From: Candidatus Woesearchaeota archaeon
GTDB lineage: Archaea > Nanobdellota > Nanobdellia > Woesearchaeales > GW2011-AR4
Reading direction: 5' to 3'
DNA: 39,798 bases
NCBI GenBank assembly: GCA_016185805.1
Contig: JACPMW010000003.1
Span: 1 to 39,798, forward strand
Under the pieces are notes generated by a model. It was not told the DNA's origin. It did not search any database and saw only the letters and a program-made list of their open reading frames with translations. Below, piece by piece: positions 12,702-22,083 of the stretch. Made by a program: the position numbers and the translations under genes. Each line of letters starts with the position of its first letter. The first letter of the stretch is position 1.

Positions 12702-14387
12702 ATGGATGAGCTTCTCAAAACCGCTATAAAGAAGTATGCCCTGCAGAATGCTGTAAGATACAAGGGCAAGGCCAATCCTGGCGCGGTCATAGGCAAGGTA
12801 CTGGCTGAGAACCCTAGATTGAGGGAAAATGCAAAGGAGATAAGCAGTGAAGCCTTAAAGGTGGTGAAAGAAATCAACAAGCTGCCTTTGGAGAAGCAGG
12901 AGAAAAAGCTTCAGGAATTGGCTCCAGAACTGCTGGAAAAGAAGGAAAAGGCAGAAAAAGACATCTTTGAGTTCCTTAACATAAGGGAAGGGCAAAAAGT
13001 CATAACAGCATTTCCACCAGAGCCGAGCAAATATCCCCACATTGGGCATGCAAAAGCAATTATTGTTAACTATGAGCTTGCAAAGCGCCATAACGGCACA
13101 TTCTATCTTAGATTTGAAGACACAAACCCGGAGCTGGCTGATGATGAATTCTATAGGATTCATCTTGACAACTACAAATGGCTGGGGATAGTTCCGGATA
13201 AGATTGACTATGCATCGGACTTCATGGAAGAGTTCTACAGATACGCTGAGAAGATTATCAATGAAAACCACGCTTATGTGTGCAGCTGCAAGCAGGAAAC
13301 TATCAAGGAAAACAGGAAAAATGGCACAGAATGCGAGCACAGGTACAGGCAGCCTGATAAAAATCTTGAGCTTTGGCAGCAGATGCCCAAGGCAAAAGCC
13401 GGAAAATATGTATTGAGGCTGAAGGGCCATATGCAAAGCCCCAACTCCACATTAAGGGACCCTGTCATCTTCAGGGTTGTTGATGAAAGCCACCCCAGAA
13501 AAAAGAAAAAGTACAGGCTCTGGCCAAATTATGACTTTGAAAGCGCGATAATGGATGGGATTGAGGGCATAACTCACAGATTGAGAAGCAAGGAATTCGA
13601 GCTTAGAAATGAGCTGCAGAGGCTCATACAAACGATGGCTGGATTTCCTGAAACCAATATTTACGAGTTTGCAAGGTTCAATCTTGAAGGCGTTGAAAGC
13701 TCTGGAAGGGTTATAAGGGAAAAAATGCAAAAAAAACAATTAATTGGGTGGGATGACCCATCATTGACGACAATAGTTGCGCTAAGAAGAAGGGGTTTTT
13801 TACCACAGGCAATAAAGGAATTCGTGCTTTCAACAGGATTGACAAAAACAGAGTCTGTATTGACTTGGGATGACTTGATAGTACACAATAGAAGGTTATT
13901 GGATGCAAAATGCAACAGGTATTTTTTTGTTGAAAATCCAAAGGAAATAAAGATAGAAAATGCGCCTGAACAATCTTGTGAATTGAAATTGCATCCTGAG
14001 TTCAAAGACAGGGGGGCAAGAAAATTCAAGACAAAAGACAGGTTCTATGTAGCTGAAAAGGATTTAAAGGAATTCAAGGAAGGCAAATTAATTAGATTGA
14101 TGGACTGCCTGAATTTTGCCAGGAAAAAAGGCAAGTTTGTTTTTGACTCTTTAGAATACGACAAATACAAAAAGCATGGCGACAAGATAATACATTGGCT
14201 GCCTGTGCAGAAAGGTTTAGTTAAAGTAGAAGTTTTGATGCCAGACAAGAAGACTGCAAAAGGATTGGCTGAGCCATTAGTGAAAAACTTGAAAGTTGGT
14301 GATATTGTCCAGTTCACAAGGTTTGGTTTTTGCAAACTGGACAGCAAAAAAGTTGATAAGCTGGTGTTTTGGTACACGCATGGTTAA
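12702..14387 (+). CDS. gltX: Glutamyl-tRNA synthetase, archaeal/eukaryal type
   Basis: 561 aa. The N-terminus KYALQNAVRYKGKANPGAVIGKVL is typical of archaeal GluRS. It has the HIGH motif PHIGHAKA, FYLRFEDTNP and LRSKEF. Confidence 0.9.
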   Translation: MDELLKTAIKKYALQNAVRYKGKANPGAVIGKVLAENPRLRENAKEISSEALKVVKEINKLPLEKQEKKLQELAPELLEKKEKAEKDIFEFLNIREGQKVITAFPPEPSKYPHIGHAKAIIVNYELAKRHNGTFYLRFEDTNPELADDEFYRIHLDNYKWLGIVPDKIDYASDFMEEFYRYAEKIINENHAYVCSCKQETIKENRKNGTECEHRYRQPDKNLELWQQMPKAKAGKYVLRLKGHMQSPNSTLRDPVIFRVVDESHPRKKKKYRLWPNYDFESAIMDGIEGITHRLRSKEFELRNELQRLIQTMAGFPETNIYEFARFNLEGVESSGRVIREKMQKKQLIGWDDPSLTTIVALRRRGFLPQAIKEFVLSTGLTKTESVLTWDDLIVHNRRLLDAKCNRYFFVENPKEIKIENAPEQSCELKLHPEFKDRGARKFKTKDRFYVAEKDLKEFKEGKLIRLMDCLNFARKKGKFVFDSLEYDKYKKHGDKIIHWLPVQKGLVKVEVLMPDKKTAKGLAEPLVKNLKVGDIVQFTRFGFCKLDSKKVDKLVFWYTHG

Positions 14388-14532
14388 TCAAAAAATTTGT
14401 CCAAAGTGCAAAAGCAAAAATATTGAAGCAGATTTTTCAGCCCATTCTTTCGCTCAAGGCTCAGTTTTCAACAAATATAAGTGCAATAAATGCGGCTATT
14501 CAGGAATGTTTTTTCCTGAAGTTAAAGAATAA
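14380..14532 (+). CDS. Small zinc-ribbon protein (50 aa)
   Basis: Translation begins MVNQKICPKCKSKN and continues to YKCNKCGYSG. Its ATG overlaps the gltX stop (ATGGTTAA). Confidence 0.5.
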   Translation: MVNQKICPKCKSKNIEADFSAHSFAQGSVFNKYKCNKCGYSGMFFPEVKE

Positions 14533-14537
14533 TAATG

Positions 14538-14653
14538 CGCCGCGGCTGGGAGTCTCACCCAGAAAAGGCGTCCTTTTATAGGATTTGAACCCAGATGCTG
14601 TTTCCAGCAGAAGGGTCTGAACCTTCCGCCCCACCAAGTTGGGCGACCGCGGC
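14538..14653 (-). tRNA. tRNA-Leu(CAG) with a 32-nt intron at the T-loop/T-stem boundary
   Basis: Minus-strand read: GCCGCGG-TC-GCCC-AACTTGGTG-GGGC-G-GAAGG-TTCAGAC-CCTTC-TGCTGGAAACAGCAT-CTGGG-TTCAAAT-[32 nt]-CCCAG-CCGCGGC-G. The intron is about 14582-14551 and contains the hairpin AAAAGG-ACG-CCTTTT. Confidence 0.85.
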
Positions 14654-14690
14654 ATGAAAAGATTTATATATATGTTTCCCAATACTATGA

Positions 14691-14730
14691 TTGAAGGGTC
14701 TGAAGCTTCTGTTCCGCCAGATTGGGCGGC
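14691..14730 (-). pseudogene. Degenerate copy of the tRNA-Leu D-arm and anticodon arm, 37 nt upstream of the intact gene
   Basis: The reverse complement GCCGCCCAATCTGGCGGAACAGAAGCTTCAGACCCTTCAA aligns with tRNA-Leu GCCCAACTTGG...GCGGAAGGTTCAGACCCTTC. Twelve nt (TTCAGACCCTTC) are identical. Confidence 0.5.
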
Positions 14731-14758
14731 TTTTTATTTTTAATGTGAATATTTTATT

Positions 14759-14797
14759 CTTTATAAATCTCACATGAGAATGTCCAGTGTCCATTGC
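14759..14797 (-). promoter_or_regulatory. Promoter-proximal element copy C (CTGGACA units plus TATA-like box) facing the tRNA-Leu locus
   Basis: The reverse complement reads GCAATGGACACTGGACATTCTCATGTGAGATTTATAAAG. The TATA-like box lies about 28 nt from the tRNA-Leu fragment start at 14730. Confidence 0.4.
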
Positions 14798-14865
14798 TAC
14801 TCTAAAATATATGTTAGAGAATAAAAAATCAGAAAGTATTTAAGCATAATAAAAAAAATTAGGAT

Positions 14866-15048
14866 ATGACAAAATCCGTTATTGTAAAATCCCAAGTGAA
14901 AGATTTGGCAAAACTTGATGGAAAGGAATTGAGCGTTGCAGAAGAGTTCTACAAGGCATTGGAGGAAAAAGTCAGGAAAGACATTGAAAATGCGTGCAAG
15001 AGGGCAAAGCAGAATTCCAGAAACACAATAATGGCAAGGGACTTATGA
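14866..15048 (+). CDS. Small histone-fold-like protein (DUF1931-like)
   Basis: 60 aa. VKSQVKDLAK...ELSVAEEFYKALEEKVRKDIENACKRAKQNSRNTIMARDL. Confidence 0.45.
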   Translation: MTKSVIVKSQVKDLAKLDGKELSVAEEFYKALEEKVRKDIENACKRAKQNSRNTIMARDL

Positions 15049-15531
15049 CCTGTAATACCTGTGCAAATCAACCTTCTCGTTTATTTTTTTCTCCAATGCA
15101 TTAAGCCTGTGCTGCCTTTTTGCCTTTTCCATGTGCAAATGCCTAGCTTGGTTCTTGACGCTTTCCAACGAGCTTGTCAGCTGCGCCATTCTTTCATTGT
15201 TCTCGCTGATTATGCTTAATTTCTCCTCTTTTTCATTGCTTAATTCCTTCTCAAGCGCTGCAATCTGGCTCTCCAGTTCTTCCGTTTCGCTGTCAGCGGG
15301 CTTGAAGAATTTCGCATATTTCCTTTCCCAATCAGTCAAATTTTCAATTTTTTCCTTCAGCCTGTCTATGTCATTGTAGCTAAGGCTCATTCGGATGATG
15401 GCTTTTCTCATCTTATGTAGATGCTCGCCAACATCCTCCTTTGATTTTTTTCTTCCTGCGTATACATTGCTGACAAGAAAGAGGTGCCTTGCAAAATGCC
15501 TTAAAGATTGTGTGTTTTGGGTTTGAAGCAT
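15043..15531 (-). CDS. Coiled-coil protein, unknown function
   Basis: Heptad-rich, E/K-rich sequence. The ATG at 15531 is preferred over the track's TTG at 15570. Confidence 0.4.
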   Translation of the reverse strand: MLQTQNTQSLRHFARHLFLVSNVYAGRKKSKEDVGEHLHKMRKAIIRMSLSYNDIDRLKEKIENLTDWERKYAKFFKPADSETEELESQIAALEKELSNEKEEKLSIISENNERMAQLTSSLESVKNQARHLHMEKAKRQHRLNALEKKINEKVDLHRYYRS

Positions 15532-15649
15532 TTTTCTGTTAATAGTCTTGCTATGTTTTTCTATAAGCAAGCGAAATGTTTTATTTTATTGTTTTCCATT
15601 CCTCTTGGCGCATTACTTAATAAATTAAAAAAATCTCAAAAATTAAAAA

Positions 15650-16222
15650 TCACTTTTTGAACATTCCAAACAAGCCTTTTTTCTTCGGCTCTTCCTCCCC
15701 CAAGTCCAGCTCTGGAAAATCCAAGTCAGTTGGCTGCATAGGGGGCATTCCCATTTCTGGCGGTGTTGCTTGGATTGGGGGAGTTAATTGCATTGGAGAA
15801 GCTTGTGGCTGCGGCGCAAACATTGGCCTTTGCTCCGGCTTTGGCTGCCATTCTGGCTGCCTGAACAACGGCCTTGGCTCAGGCCTTCTCATCTCTTCTT
15901 TGGCAGGAGCTATCATCTTTTCCTTTACCATGTCAACAATTGCAACCATTCCCTCTGCAATGGTCTTGTTCTGGTCGATTATTTTGTCCAGCTTGGATAC
16001 TATCATCTCATGCTTTTTTGCGCTTGCCTCGTAGCTCTGCTCCTCCAGCTTCATCTGCTGGGCTGCTGCCCCGAACACCTCAAGCATGTCTGTTATTGTT
16101 GTGTTGAGCTTCTGCACCGCATCATACAATTCTTTTGAGGAAATATCCTTCCTCCCCTTCATAGCGTCCAATCCTTTCCTAATGTCAGAAATATCCTTGT
16201 ACAGTTCCTCTTCCATTTCCAC
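15650..16222 (-). CDS. Coiled-coil protein with a Pro/Gln-rich linker and a C-terminal amphipathic basic tail
   Basis: 190 aa. The N-terminal part is helical. The linker reads RPEPRPLFRQPEWQPKPEQRPMFAPQPQ...PPMQP. The tail reads KKKGLFGMFKK. Confidence 0.45.
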   Translation of the reverse strand: MEMEEELYKDISDIRKGLDAMKGRKDISSKELYDAVQKLNTTITDMLEVFGAAAQQMKLEEQSYEASAKKHEMIVSKLDKIIDQNKTIAEGMVAIVDMVKEKMIAPAKEEMRRPEPRPLFRQPEWQPKPEQRPMFAPQPQASPMQLTPPIQATPPEMGMPPMQPTDLDFPELDLGEEEPKKKGLFGMFKK

Positions 16223-16379
16223 CAGCCTCTTTTTTACGAATAAACTAATCTATTTTTTAAACAGCTTATTTCAAATAGAAAAATAGAAGTATATAAAGAT
16301 TTTGATTTGAAAAATTTATTTCTCCTTGAAATCTTCCATTACATCATTCAGGTTTATTGTTTGGAATTTTGGTAACATT

Positions 16380-16691
16380 TTATTTAATAAATTCAGGATC
16401 GCCTAAAATAGCTGTCAAGCCTCTCCCATCATCAACATAATCAAGTTGTGGAAATGTCATGAAAACAGCGTTGTCAATTTTATATCCATCTGGCTGAACT
16501 GTACTATCTAATTTTATACGGGCTGGGTGACAAAGATCTACAGGTTTCCAGCTGGCAGCGCCGCGAACACTAAAGGGAATACATACTCCAAGAGGATCCC
16601 TATAAAGTATCTCTTCTCTCGGAAAGCCATTTGGTGCTTCTCCAGCTGTTTTTTCCAAAGACTGTCTTACTGTCGTTATTTTTCCTGTCAT
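16380..16691 (-). CDS. Hypothetical protein
   Basis: 103-aa ORF with normal codon composition and no motif recognised. Confidence 0.35.
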   Translation of the reverse strand: MTGKITTVRQSLEKTAGEAPNGFPREEILYRDPLGVCIPFSVRGAASWKPVDLCHPARIKLDSTVQPDGYKIDNAVFMTFPQLDYVDDGRGLTAILGDPEFIK

Positions 16692-16823
16692 TTTTTAACC
16701 TTCATTCATATTTTGTAGTTTTTATCTCTTGCTTTTAGATTCAAAAGCCAGAAAAAATCGGCCTTTTAGGGATAATGATTAGTGAAAAGATAAACGATTT
16801 CGAGATTCTGATTTTGTTTAGTA

Positions 16824-17237
16824 TCATTTTATGACATAAAGATTTTTAGCTTTTTCTTTAAGCCTGTATAGTATGTTATACAAGCGGCTTTTTGAGGTAA
16901 CATGAAATTTTGGAACTTCATTTATTTTAGGTCCTTCATATAAAAGTGCAGACAATGGTTTGTCTCCCTTTTCTATCAGCTTTGCATACAATGTATTGCC
17001 TTCACTAGGAGCAGGCAGTCCTACTCTTGAAAAGTTATAGCCAAATCTTGTTTCTGTTACAGCCTCAGTTGGTATATTTATAAAACCTATAAATCTTAAA
17101 TCTCTAGAAACTTCTGTTTCAAGCCTACCAGGAAGATGTCCGTTACCATGTCCATTATGCACTAGTACTAAAACTTTCTCATTTGTATATCCTTGGCCTG
17201 TTTGCTGACCAGTTGCATAGCCTGTTGTAGCAGTCAT
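16824..17237 (-). CDS. Hypothetical protein
   Basis: 137-aa ORF with no motif recognised. Confidence 0.35.
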   Translation of the reverse strand: MTATTGYATGQQTGQGYTNEKVLVLVHNGHGNGHLPGRLETEVSRDLRFIGFINIPTEAVTETRFGYNFSRVGLPAPSEGNTLYAKLIEKGDKPLSALLYEGPKINEVPKFHVTSKSRLYNILYRLKEKAKNLYVIK

Positions 17238-17479
17238 TTTTTGTCACCTTCAATCATTTTATAGAATTTTATAAAAATCAAAGGTGGGCTTTACAGCACC
17301 ACGATAATCAGCACTAGCATAATCAGAGAAATTATTGAACTTATTTTATTGCCTTGCGCCATTCTTAATGCTATAAAATCAAGGATGTATATTTAAATCT
17401 TTTGGTTATAAATTCTGTTATCACTATATAAAGGTAAAAAATAGAAAGGTTTAAAAATTAGAAAAGTTACTGATGTACT

Positions 17480-18211
17480 ATGAGTTTTATGCAATCTAGG
17501 ATTTATAATGGATTGTCTGCCGTAGTTGACAGGCTATTCCCAAAGACTCAAACTTATCAGTATGGCGACTGCGTGAGGATTGTAAGAAGAAAGCCTCTTA
17601 TGGACCCTTATGACTTTTCAGGGTTTGAGCATGAAAGGACAATTTTGAGAAAACTTGAAGATGTTAAAGGGGTGCCTAAACTTTTTTTAGGCGGGGCATC
17701 ATACGGCTTTGAATACACTTCTAGCAAGCCGTTAGCTAAAGCGGAGATTTTATCACAATCATATTTCGAAGATTTGAGAGGGCTTGTGGCTACCATCCAT
17801 GGCAAAGGCATTGCCAAGCTAAACTATGACAATCCAAAATCGGTGCTTATAGATGCCAATGGAAATCCTGTCGTAACTGATTTCTCAAAAGCAGTTACAT
17901 ATGAAAATGGAGGAATTGCAGCCTATCCAAAAATGTGGCCTATATTCCTTCAGCATTTTGAAGGTCTTGTTGATAGGAAAGCAAGACCGCCAAATACATT
18001 GCGGCAAGACTTACAACTTTCCAAAAGGATAAGAGCCTATTCAAAAAGAGTAATCAAAAACAGAAAACAAAAGAGATTTGAACAAGCCAAGAAATTGGAT
18101 AGGGGATTTATCTTATCAGAAGAAATGGCGCATCAACAAAGGGAACTAACAGATGACGAAGTACAAGATTTGGGTTATTTCTTGGAATCTCAAAGAGCGT
18201 TTCAGCGTTAA
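17480..18211 (+). CDS. Hypothetical protein, possibly a small atypical kinase-like fold
   Basis: 243 aa. NYDNPKSVLIDANGNPVVTDFSKA resembles the catalytic-loop and DF region of RIO/Bud32-like kinases. This match is weak. Confidence 0.3.
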   Translation: MSFMQSRIYNGLSAVVDRLFPKTQTYQYGDCVRIVRRKPLMDPYDFSGFEHERTILRKLEDVKGVPKLFLGGASYGFEYTSSKPLAKAEILSQSYFEDLRGLVATIHGKGIAKLNYDNPKSVLIDANGNPVVTDFSKAVTYENGGIAAYPKMWPIFLQHFEGLVDRKARPPNTLRQDLQLSKRIRAYSKRVIKNRKQKRFEQAKKLDRGFILSEEMAHQQRELTDDEVQDLGYFLESQRAFQR

Positions 18212-18212
18212 T

Positions 18213-19048
18213 TCAAAACTCCCTCAAAAACTTCACAAGTTCGTTAGCCTTGTCAAAGTCCATGAATTCTTTCTTTGTCATTGAGGGCATGTTTTTCGGC
18301 TTTTTCTTGTGGAATATGACAAGATTATCAGCCTCAAGCAGTTTTGAAAGCGACTGCATCTGCGGGTTTACCTTGTCGCTCACTTCACAATTATATCGAA
18401 AGGGGTCTTCCTTGTTTCCATCGCTTCAAACCCAAGCTCCACATATTTTTTTGAAACCTCTGTCTCAAATTTGCTCCTGAGCTGCATGGAATTCATGAAA
18501 ACATTGACCTCGTTGAAAACGTCATGGCCGAGCAGGTCGTAAAGCTTCATAGCCCTGTTTATCGTTATCTCGGAGTTCTCATTCTCATATTTTATTATCA
18601 TCCTGCTCGTAACTCCAATCTTTTTTGACAGTGCATTGAGTGAAAACCCAAGCTCCTCCCTTTTTTCCCTCAGCTTTTTCCCGCTGACAGAGGCTGTCAA
18701 TCCTGCTTTGCTTCTTTTTATGAAAGGAAACTTGTTATGGATTGAGTTTGTAAAAGTGGCAAGGTTTAGCGTGTATATGCCAAACCTTGAATATACGATG
18801 TTGTCCTCAAGCTTGCTGCCTGCCTTTTCCGATATTATCAATGGTGAGGCGCTTATGTAAGAGGCGACTGCAACCATCTCTTCTGTGTATTCCCTGCCTA
18901 TGGAATTTGCATCCTCGAGAACCTTGACGAGAAGAATCTGCTCGTTTCTCCTTGCAAGAATGTCAAAGCATGTTCTAGTCAGGTTTTTCAGGGTAAACCC
19001 CTTTCTTAACAAAAAGATGCTTACCTTGTCAAGCAAAGTCTGTTTCAT
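18213..19048 (-). pseudogene. HTH (XRE-type) putative transcriptional regulator of the archaeal COG1395 type, split by a frame change at about 18380
   Basis: The 222-aa ORF contains LREKREELGFSLNALSKKIGVTSRMIIKYENENSEITINRAMKL and ends ...PFDIIVK then TGA. Coding-looking sequence continues in another frame (SDKVNPQMQSLSKLLEADNLVIFHKKKPK...LVKFLREF) to a stop at 18213-18215. Confidence 0.5.
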
Positions 19049-19209
19049 TAGGAAAAAAGAAGGGATTATTGTTTAAAAATCTTTTTAAAATTTGAAGAAA
19101 AATTTAAATTCAAAAATTTATAAATTATATAAAGATTCAATTGGAAAACAAGGTTTTTGGCTTAGGTTTAAAACTAAATATTTTTATATACGCCAGTAAA
19201 CCAGCTTTC

Positions 19210-19755
19210 ATGCGAATAACGATATCCGGGAAGGCAGGCTCCGGAAAAAGCACCGTTGCAAAGCTGCTGTCCGAAAAGCTCAGGCTCAGGCATTACTCCA
19301 TAGGCGACCTGATGCGCTCGATGGCCTCTGAAAAAAAGATGACATTGCTGCAGCTGAACAGATTGGCCGAGAAAGACAAATCCATAGACTTCGAGCTTGA
19401 CAATAAGCTGAAGGAGCTCGGCAAAAAAAAGGACAATTTTATTGTTGACGGCAGGCTTGCCTCTTATTTCATCCCAAATGCAGATGCAAGGGTTTTTCTC
19501 AAAACAAACGACAAAATAAGGGCTCAGAGGATAATGAAAGCCGGAAGGCATCAGGAAAAGGGGGATTTGAAAGAGGTTCTAAAGAGTATAAGGGCAAGGG
19601 AGGAAAGCGAAAAAAGAAGGTACAAAAAATATTACGGCATTGACTACTCGGATAAAAGCCTGTACAACCTTATGATTGACACCACAAGGCTTACTCCAAG
19701 CGAGGTTGTTGAAAAGATAATGAGGTTTGTAAAAGCAAAGCAGAAATCTTTATAA
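19210..19755 (+). CDS. cmk: Cytidylate kinase, archaeal type
   Basis: The start MRITISGKAGSGKSTVAKLLSEKL carries the P-loop. Also IVDGRLA and RRYKKYYGIDYSD. The track's TTG start at 19141 is unlikely. Confidence 0.8.
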   Translation: MRITISGKAGSGKSTVAKLLSEKLRLRHYSIGDLMRSMASEKKMTLLQLNRLAEKDKSIDFELDNKLKELGKKKDNFIVDGRLASYFIPNADARVFLKTNDKIRAQRIMKAGRHQEKGDLKEVLKSIRAREESEKRRYKKYYGIDYSDKSLYNLMIDTTRLTPSEVVEKIMRFVKAKQKSL

Positions 19756-19783
19756 ATTACCCGATTGTCCAAAATTTAATTCT

Positions 19784-20449
19784 ATGCCAATTATAAAAAA
19801 GCGCGATTTTGTGGAAATGGATTACACTGGCAGGCTCAAGGAAGATGGCGCTGTGTTCGACACTACTGAAGAAAAGGTTGCAAAAGAAAGTGGCGTTTAC
19901 GACCAGAATATGCACTATCATCCTGCGGTTGTGTGCATAGGCGAGAACAACATTCTCAAGGAGCTTGAAGACCGGCTTATAGGAAAGGAGACCGGCAGGG
20001 AATACAGTTTTGAGATGGAAAGCGGCAAGGCATTTGGAAGAAAAGACGCAAAGCTGATACAGATGATTCCATTAAGCAAGTTCAAGCACCAAAAAATCCA
20101 GCCGATGCCCGGCTTGCAGCTAAACATTGACGGCGTTTTTGGGATTGTAAAGACAGTCAGCGGAGGAAGGGTTTTGGTTGACTTCAACCATCCGCTTGCA
20201 GGCAAGGACATTGTTTACGATGTCAAGATAAAAAGGATTATTGAGGATGATGCCGAAAAGGTCAAGGCATTGCTGCACACGGCCTTTCACATGCACGATG
20301 CAGAAGTTGAGGCAAAAGATGGCTCTTTGACCATTAAGGTGAAGGATGAAATCCCAAGTGAAGCCCAGGAGGAGTTCAGGAAAATTGCTGAAAGGGCTAT
20401 CGGCGCAAAAAGCGTGGCTTTTAAGGCTGCTGAAGAAAAAAATAAATAG
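19784..20449 (+). CDS. FKBP-type peptidyl-prolyl cis-trans isomerase (SlyD-like, long archaeal form)
   Basis: 221 aa. Blocks DFVEMDYTGRL, the insert-in-flap region and VDFNHPLAGKDIVYDVKI. Confidence 0.8.
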   Translation: MPIIKKRDFVEMDYTGRLKEDGAVFDTTEEKVAKESGVYDQNMHYHPAVVCIGENNILKELEDRLIGKETGREYSFEMESGKAFGRKDAKLIQMIPLSKFKHQKIQPMPGLQLNIDGVFGIVKTVSGGRVLVDFNHPLAGKDIVYDVKIKRIIEDDAEKVKALLHTAFHMHDAEVEAKDGSLTIKVKDEIPSEAQEEFRKIAERAIGAKSVAFKAAEEKNK

Positions 20450-20494
20450 CTTTAAATATTATAACCATTCTAGAATGGCAAAACAGGTGATGTC

Positions 20495-21643
20495 GTGGTA
20501 ACAACTATTATCGAGCAGGCGATGGAGGCGGCTGCTAATGACAATCCCAAGCTTCTTTCTATAGACAGGAAACAGGTGCATCAAGACAGGGATGTTGCAA
20601 GCATAGACGCAGAGCTGGAGCAGCTTTTGTCCAGACAAAGGGCCACTATAAAGGTTGTAGGCTGTGGCGGCGGGGGAAACAACACCATCAACAGGATGAG
20701 CGAAGTGGGCATCGTGGGCGTTGAGACAATTGCTGTCAATACAGATGCACAGGATTTGCTGTATACAACAGCCAATAAAAAGATACTCATTGGAAGGGAG
20801 CTTACAAAGGGGCTTGGAGCAGGCTCCGAGCCAAGGCTGGGAGAGGAAGCAGCTAGAGAAAATGAATCTGAAATAAAAAAAGCCCTTCAAAACTGTGACA
20901 TGATTTTTGTCACTTGCGGGCTTGGAGGAGGGACAGGAACTGGCTCTGCTCCTGTTGTAGCTGAAGTAGCAAAAAAACTGGGAGCTTTGACTGTGGGAGT
21001 TGTCACAATGCCGTTCGCAATGGAAGGCCATCGAAGGTATGAAAATGCGGTTGTTGGCTTGGAGAAAATGGAGCAGGTTGTTGATACCTTGATAGTCATC
21101 CCAAATGACAAGCTGCTTGAATTGGCTCCTGAGCTGCCGTTGCATACAGCTTTCAAGGTCGCAGATGAAATATTGACAAATGCTGTAAAAGGCATTGCAG
21201 AGCTAGTCACAAAAGCAGGCCTTGTTAATCTCGACTTTGCTGATATAAGAGCTGTCATGAAAGGAGGAGGGGTTGCCTTGATTGGCGTTGGAGAATCTGA
21301 TACTGAAAACAGGGCAGTTGAGGCTGTTGAGAAAGCAATAAACAATCCCTTGCTTGATGTTGACATTTCAGGGGCAAATGGCGCCTTGATCAATGTTATT
21401 GGCGGGGAAGACATGACTCTGGATGAAGCAAGAAAAGTCGTTGAAACCATAACAGAGAAGCTTGACGAGGACGCAAGAGTGATATGGGGCGCTCAAATCT
21501 ACAAGGACATGGAAAAGACGATAAGGACAATGCTCATAGTGACTGGAGTAAAATCATCGCAGATATTCGGCTCGGGCAAGAAAACAGCCGAGAAGAAAAA
21601 GAAGGAAATCGAGCAGCATTTGGGAATTGAATTTTTGGATTAG
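20495..21643 (+). CDS. ftsZ: Cell division GTPase FtsZ
   Basis: Blocks [41 protein letters not shown] and [11 protein letters not shown]. The start is GTG 20495 or ATG 20522. Confidence 0.95.
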   Translation: MVTTIIEQAMEAAANDNPKLLSIDRKQVHQDRDVASIDAELEQLLSRQRATIKVVGCGGGGNNTINRMSEVGIVGVETIAVNTDAQDLLYTTANKKILIGRELTKGLGAGSEPRLGEEAARENESEIKKALQNCDMIFVTCGLGGGTGTGSAPVVAEVAKKLGALTVGVVTMPFAMEGHRRYENAVVGLEKMEQVVDTLIVIPNDKLLELAPELPLHTAFKVADEILTNAVKGIAELVTKAGLVNLDFADIRAVMKGGGVALIGVGESDTENRAVEAVEKAINNPLLDVDISGANGALINVIGGEDMTLDEARKVVETITEKLDEDARVIWGAQIYKDMEKTIRTMLIVTGVKSSQIFGSGKKTAEKKKKEIEQHLGIEFLD

Positions 21644-21690
21644 ATAAATTTTTTAATTATTTTTTAATCTTTGTAAGCAAAATATTAAAA

Positions 21691-21888
21691 ATGGAAGAAG
21701 AGAACACATCTTCGTGGAAATATAAAATAAAATCTTTTATCGGTGAATGTTTAAGAGTCCTGAAAGTCACAAAAAAGCCCGATGCATTTGAGTTCAAGAC
21801 AATAGTCAAGGTAAGCGGACTGGGAATTTTAATTATTGGGTTGATTGGATTTATAGTGCAGATGGTTAAATTGCTGTTTTTCAGGTGA
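21691..21888 (+). CDS. secE: Protein translocase subunit SecE/Sec61-gamma
   Basis: 65 aa. ECLRVLKVTKKPDAFEF followed by a single C-terminal TM helix. It sits in the position before spt5. Confidence 0.8.
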   Translation: MEEENTSSWKYKIKSFIGECLRVLKVTKKPDAFEFKTIVKVSGLGILIIGLIGFIVQMVKLLFFR

Positions 21889-21981
21889 AGGCATCGCAAT
21901 CTTTATAAAGGGGCACATTTACCCAATACTCCAAATTCTGGTTTCTTTTCGTGGAAAAGGGGCTAGTTCGTGAACTTAAAA

Positions 21982-22083
21982 ATGACAAGGGGAGATGAGA
22001 CAATGTGTTGCCAACCTTTTAGAAAAAGCTTGGCTAAAACTGTGGGTTTCACTTCGTTCAAGCCCACCGAGGGAAATTTATGA
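21982..22083 (+). other. 33-codon upstream ORF whose first 7 codons duplicate the spt5 start and whose stop overlaps the spt5 ATG
   Basis: ATGACAAGGGGAGATGAGACAATG at 21982 compares with ATGACAAGGGAAGATGAGACAATT at 22080. The junction is TTATGA at 22078-22083. Confidence 0.35.
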
